Source: Bugula neritina (lineage: Eukaryota; Animalia; Bryozoa). Taken from it: DNA of 64,000 nucleotides. Positions 59,865 through 64,000 of this stretch are shown here, in pieces. Within the stretch, counting starts at the first letter, position 1. Every line of letters starts with the position of its first letter. The notes beneath the pieces are model-generated. The model was not told the origin of the DNA. It did no database searches and saw only the letters and a list, made by a program, of their open reading frames with translations. The position numbers and the translations under genes are program-made. The stretch is from NCBI GenBank assembly GCA_964035545.1, contig OZ037765.1, positions 16,306,995 through 16,370,994 on the forward strand. Direction: 5' to 3'.

Positions 59865-60138
59865 ATTAATAGACATACTCATAGTAGCTGACTTAGTCTT
59901 ACAGGTCACCATCAGGCTTCATAACAATTTAGTCATTTTATTTTTAAACAATGGAATTCAATGTTGATAGCATTAAGCTAATACCTATACAGCTATAGCC
60001 TATACTGACTCATATTGCTATGGTAATACTTAAATTAACAGTAACAAACATTACCACTAAACAATTAGCATAATTATGAGTTACAGTCACAAATAAATTA
60101 AATGTCGCACAACACTCACCTAACTACATGATGATGAA

Positions 60139-60260
60139 GGTAAAATAGCACAGGTAATAATGGCACAAAGGGAAAAGTAGGTAAAACTGACACATTTTCA
60201 TTATTGGGGTTTGGGCAAATCTAATATCAATGTGCCATTATTGCGTATGCCATTTTTACC
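60139..60260. mobile_element. Partial inverted copy of the 19040-19279 MITE family
   Basis: GGTAAAATAGCACAGGTAATAATGGCACAAAGGGAAAAGTAGGTAAAA...TATTGGGGTTTGGG...ATCAATGTGCCATT...TGCCATTTTTACC matches the reverse complement of the 19-kb element. Confidence 0.6.
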
Positions 60261-60794
60261 TAAAGTCACATGAAGGAGGTAATTTGATGGACCTGAAAAG
60301 TTTTATAAGTTGACAAACATTTTTGAAATTTATGTAGCAATATAATTATAAATAAAGTGACCTTTTATAAAACAATGTTTACAAAAATGCTGGCTTTTAT
60401 ATTTATCTTAAAAATTTGACTATTTGTGAGTTTATAAAATCGGTTATTCATTGGAATGATAACGTGAGCTGCAACTTTTGAAGTTGTTTTGTGGCAACAA
60501 AATTCTCTAAAAGCTGGCACTATGCACATCATTTCAACAGTCAAGAAGTGATCTAAAATTGAAATGAACTATTATGTGTGTAGTTTTAGTAAGCTTTATA
60601 AAAACTGTTTATTGTTGGAGGCAAAAAAGTTGTAAAGCTATTCAAATGAAATGGGATATTTTTATAATATTTTGCATAAAGTAGATGTAATTAAACTTTT
60701 TGTTCAAAAAAGTAATATAATAAAACAGCATGGAGATGACATAGTTATTATTAAATGTCTACTGAATTAAGTTAATTTGCCCATTTAGAGAAAT

Positions 60795-63700
60795 ATGTTC
60801 AGAGCTGGGGATGAAGAGGAAGTCAGGTATTCATTGCTAAGCCAGGCAGCTGGGGACCTTACTGGTTCTGATGGCGAAGAATCAAATTGGCACTTTACAT
60901 TTCACCATTCTCCCAGCCGATTAGATCTTATTCAAAACACAATAAAGGGCTTAAATTGTCACAAAAGATCAGGTATGACTCAGAAATATTTGTTCACCTT
61001 CTTGTCTCATTTAATAGGGACCTGTGCTAATGATTGAAAAAATTTGTTCTGTATGATTGGTTATTGCAGTTCCCTGTAATAAATATAATATAATTGTCTT
61101 CATTTATTGGTATTTTTAAGACCTCATTATTGGTCCACAATCTTGTAGTGTATATATATTTAGAATTGGGGTTATTGCTAGAGATATAATCTCAACAAGC
61201 TTCTTGTGGTAATTTACATAGGTAGGTTCTTTGGATGTCTGGTGACGTTCTGCAGTGGAGTATTGCTGGCATGTTGTATCCTTATCATCGTCGTATCCGT
61301 CAGCCCACTCTCTTTCTCTCTCCAGCCTAACCCATCCACCAATGAGGATGACTTGTCTCAAGTGTCTATTGATTCTCAACTGCCAGGGCAGGCATCTCCT
61401 GATGGCATTATGCCTCCACCTGTTAAGTCTTCTGACCCATCAGTGTTCTCTGATTGGGAGTTTGAATTATTAAATGTAGGTAAGTATAAATCAAGTAGTT
61501 ATGTGCTCTTGTTAGTTCAGTAACCTGCAATAGTCTATAAGCAACCTGTTTAATACGCAACAGGCCATTGCCACACTGCAACAGCATAATTATTAGAGCT
61601 GTCAGATACATACATATATAGACTGCAACTAATAGCTCTATCCCACGACACTCTCAATGTTTTGACAGGCAGTGAATCCCCTCTCAGGTCATTGGATATT
61701 AATGATGATGGCAGTTGGGATATTATGTTGGGACTTGTTTATAGTAAGCTGGGGTACACCAATCAAACCAAACACTGCAAGTTGCATGGTGCAGGTAAGC
61801 CGGTGTAGAGTATTTTCAAATAAAAAATGTCTTGGTTCTAAACCCAAACATCTTGTTTTTACAGTGTGTTTTGTGCGCATATTTCTTCAAATAATTAATC
61901 CATACGTGCAATGGTGATGTTGAGTTGAGTTGGATAATATTAGACTGTCAAAGTATTTAAACTCGGACACAAGAGTTGTCCAACTAATAGTTATTCTATA
62001 ATCACATTGACGTTGACATCGGAAATGTTTGTGCTTGACTGCTTGCAAGTGACTTGTGGATTGACATTAATGTTAGTTTATGATATTGTATTGCAATGTG
62101 ATAAATTATAAATAATATGTTGCAAAGATACTCTACTACTTATTAGAGTTCGTCTGAGATTTAGTTTAATGATTTCTATCGCTGTGACCTGCAACTCGTC
62201 TTTGTTTCATAATATTGGAAATAAGCTATTTACTAGCATTTTCTGATGTTCAATTGTATGCTAAAGGCAGCAATTTTGATGCTTGATAACTATAGTAAGG
62301 TAGTTTTATTTGTTATTGCACTTGGCAGCATGTATATATGGTCTTTGTTATTTCAAACTTTTAAACCACCCTTCAGGTTAATTTGTGTGTTGCAGTGGCT
62401 AAGAATAGTGGTAATAATAATTATCAGTAATTAGTGTTAGTTCTCTACCACTGTGACCACTGAGCTGGACTGCAACATCATCAGCAGGTGAGCTGAATGG
62501 CAATAATTATATGGAGAAATGTGTGCACAAATTTTATTGTAAAAACAGTTAGTTGTGGTATGCAACTCTCAAATTGTATTCAACTGATAGCTTAGGCTTT
62601 AGATCTCTTTAAGCTGTATAAGAGTAACTATGCAATTTACTCTATGGATATATCTGCTCACCTTTACATTTTTATTACATAATACAGCTGCTTTCATTTA
62701 AAAAATAAAATAATTTTAGTGTTAAATTATACTTTACTGTAATGATTGATATCTTGTTGTGTTTGGTTGAATTTAAGCTCAATAGTTTCTGCTTTCCGAT
62801 TTATTATGTTGGTTGAATGAATATATGCTGGTATCACATTAATTTTGTTGTACAGTTGGGAAAGGTGGCAGTTAATGGTGTAGGTGATGTGTTGGTTAGC
62901 ATTCACTGCAGTTGTTGCTGGCAGAGTGTGCGCCATCTCCATAAACTGTATTTCAAATAGAGCATTTTTCAAGTATTTATACACGTCAGGCATGAAAAGT
63001 ACACCTCTTATCACATACACAATAAAATTGAAAAATAGTAAACCAATATAATTGATATTCACAAGACTTTTAAGCAATTATGTCAAAGTAGCAAAACTGA
63101 GGAGTATAACACTAGTTTTAGCCATCCTTTGCCTATACATCATAGTATGGTAGTCATTTTATGCATAATCGTGAAGAAAATGAAGCCAATAAGTTGAATG
63201 TTAGAAAATTGGCAGATGGCCTATGCACTTTGTTGTTATAAGCCTTACTACATGAACAAAGTTTTTCAGCTCATTTTCTTTGTGATTTATTTACTCTAAT
63301 TTTGATGTAGGCTCTGGGTGTAAAGGTGGCATATTGGCCTTGGATGGGCGGAATGGTGAGATTTTGTGGAGAATGCACACAAAGGATGAAGTCTACGAGC
63401 TTACTTGTCCTGATTCGTATGATGTGAATGGAGATGGTGCATCAGATTGTATAGCTTCTGGAAGATTTGGTACATTTATGGCTTTTGATCCCAGAGCAGG
63501 TAATGCATTATTTGAAGAAGTTATTTTGCTTATTGATTTTGGTGAGAATCATTTGCTGCATGAAAGGATTAGTAAAGGGATATGTCCATCCCTGTTAGAG
63601 TTTGTGCTCATCATCCATAATTGGCTTTTTCTTAAAATCTTGCAGCATATATTTGTCATGTAGGTGTGTTTTGCTTTTAGGAAAGATGATATGGTCTATG

Positions 63701-64000
63701 CCAACATCTGTAAACATGAAGTGGAATGTGTTTGCTGCTGCTTTCATCCAGGACATTGATGATGATGGTGTGGGGGACATGGTGGTAGTCAATGGAGGTG
63801 ACACCACCTTTCAAGCTGGGGTAATCTGCACATGGCATTTTGTCTTTTTGTCTCAGTAGTAAGAATGCTTGTGCATCAGTATAATGTTCAACCACTAAGA
63901 TGGGTTGTTTTCTTTGGAAGGAGTTGAATAGGCCAGGTAACTGGGTAGTGGTGGTGAGTGGTAGAACTGGTGATATGATAGGAGAGAAGACTCTGCCTGT
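60795..64000 (+). CDS. FAM234: FAM234 (ITFG3)-family type II membrane beta-propeller protein, 5' part (runs off the window)
   Basis: Exons 60795-60972, 61222-61479, 61669-61794, 63311-63499, 63681-63820, 63921 to end. Cytosolic N-terminus with YSLL, then TM (LVTFCSGVLLACCILIIVVSV). FG-GAP-like DINDDGSWDI, DVNGDGASDCI and DIDDDGVGDM. Blade motifs ALDGRNGEILW and VSGRTGDMIG. Confidence 0.8.

Overview
AT-rich eukaryotic (invertebrate animal) genomic DNA with spliceosomal genes; no prokaryotic features. Five protein-coding genes were reconstructed by hand from splice sites, and all four complete models sum to whole codons. (1) An Echinoid-like Ig/FN3 cell-adhesion receptor (+, 2706-22891, 16 coding exons, ~1085 aa). 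(2) LMF2 (-, 53049-24520, 15 coding exons, ~653 aa). (3) An MFHAS1-like LRR-ROC-COR gene nested antisense in LMF2 intron 7 (+, 31870-39927, ~1140 aa). (4) SERBP1/vig (-, 58475-54135, with a probable GC-AG intron). (5) The 5' part of a FAM234-family gene (+, 60795 to window end). A very young Ty3/Gypsy LTR retrotransposon (44785-52231) lies in the inferred first intron of LMF2, with identical 306-bp LTRs, an ATAT TSD and a tRNA-Leu PBS. Its most notable feature is a third, non-env ORF that looks like a nuclear regulator (acidic N-terminus, C2H2 zinc fingers, coiled coil). The element also shows a palindrome in the LTR, a related inverted repeat upstream of that ORF, a -1 frameshift signal and a vestigial Gag zinc knuckle. 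Together these suggest a 'complex' retrotransposon with its own regulator or integration-targeting module; this is a hypothesis. Several MITE/foldback elements, a probable Crypton-like element, a higher-order minisatellite and recurrent promoter-proximal TAG/ACT-rich patches are also present. All homology calls come from recognised motifs, not database searches.
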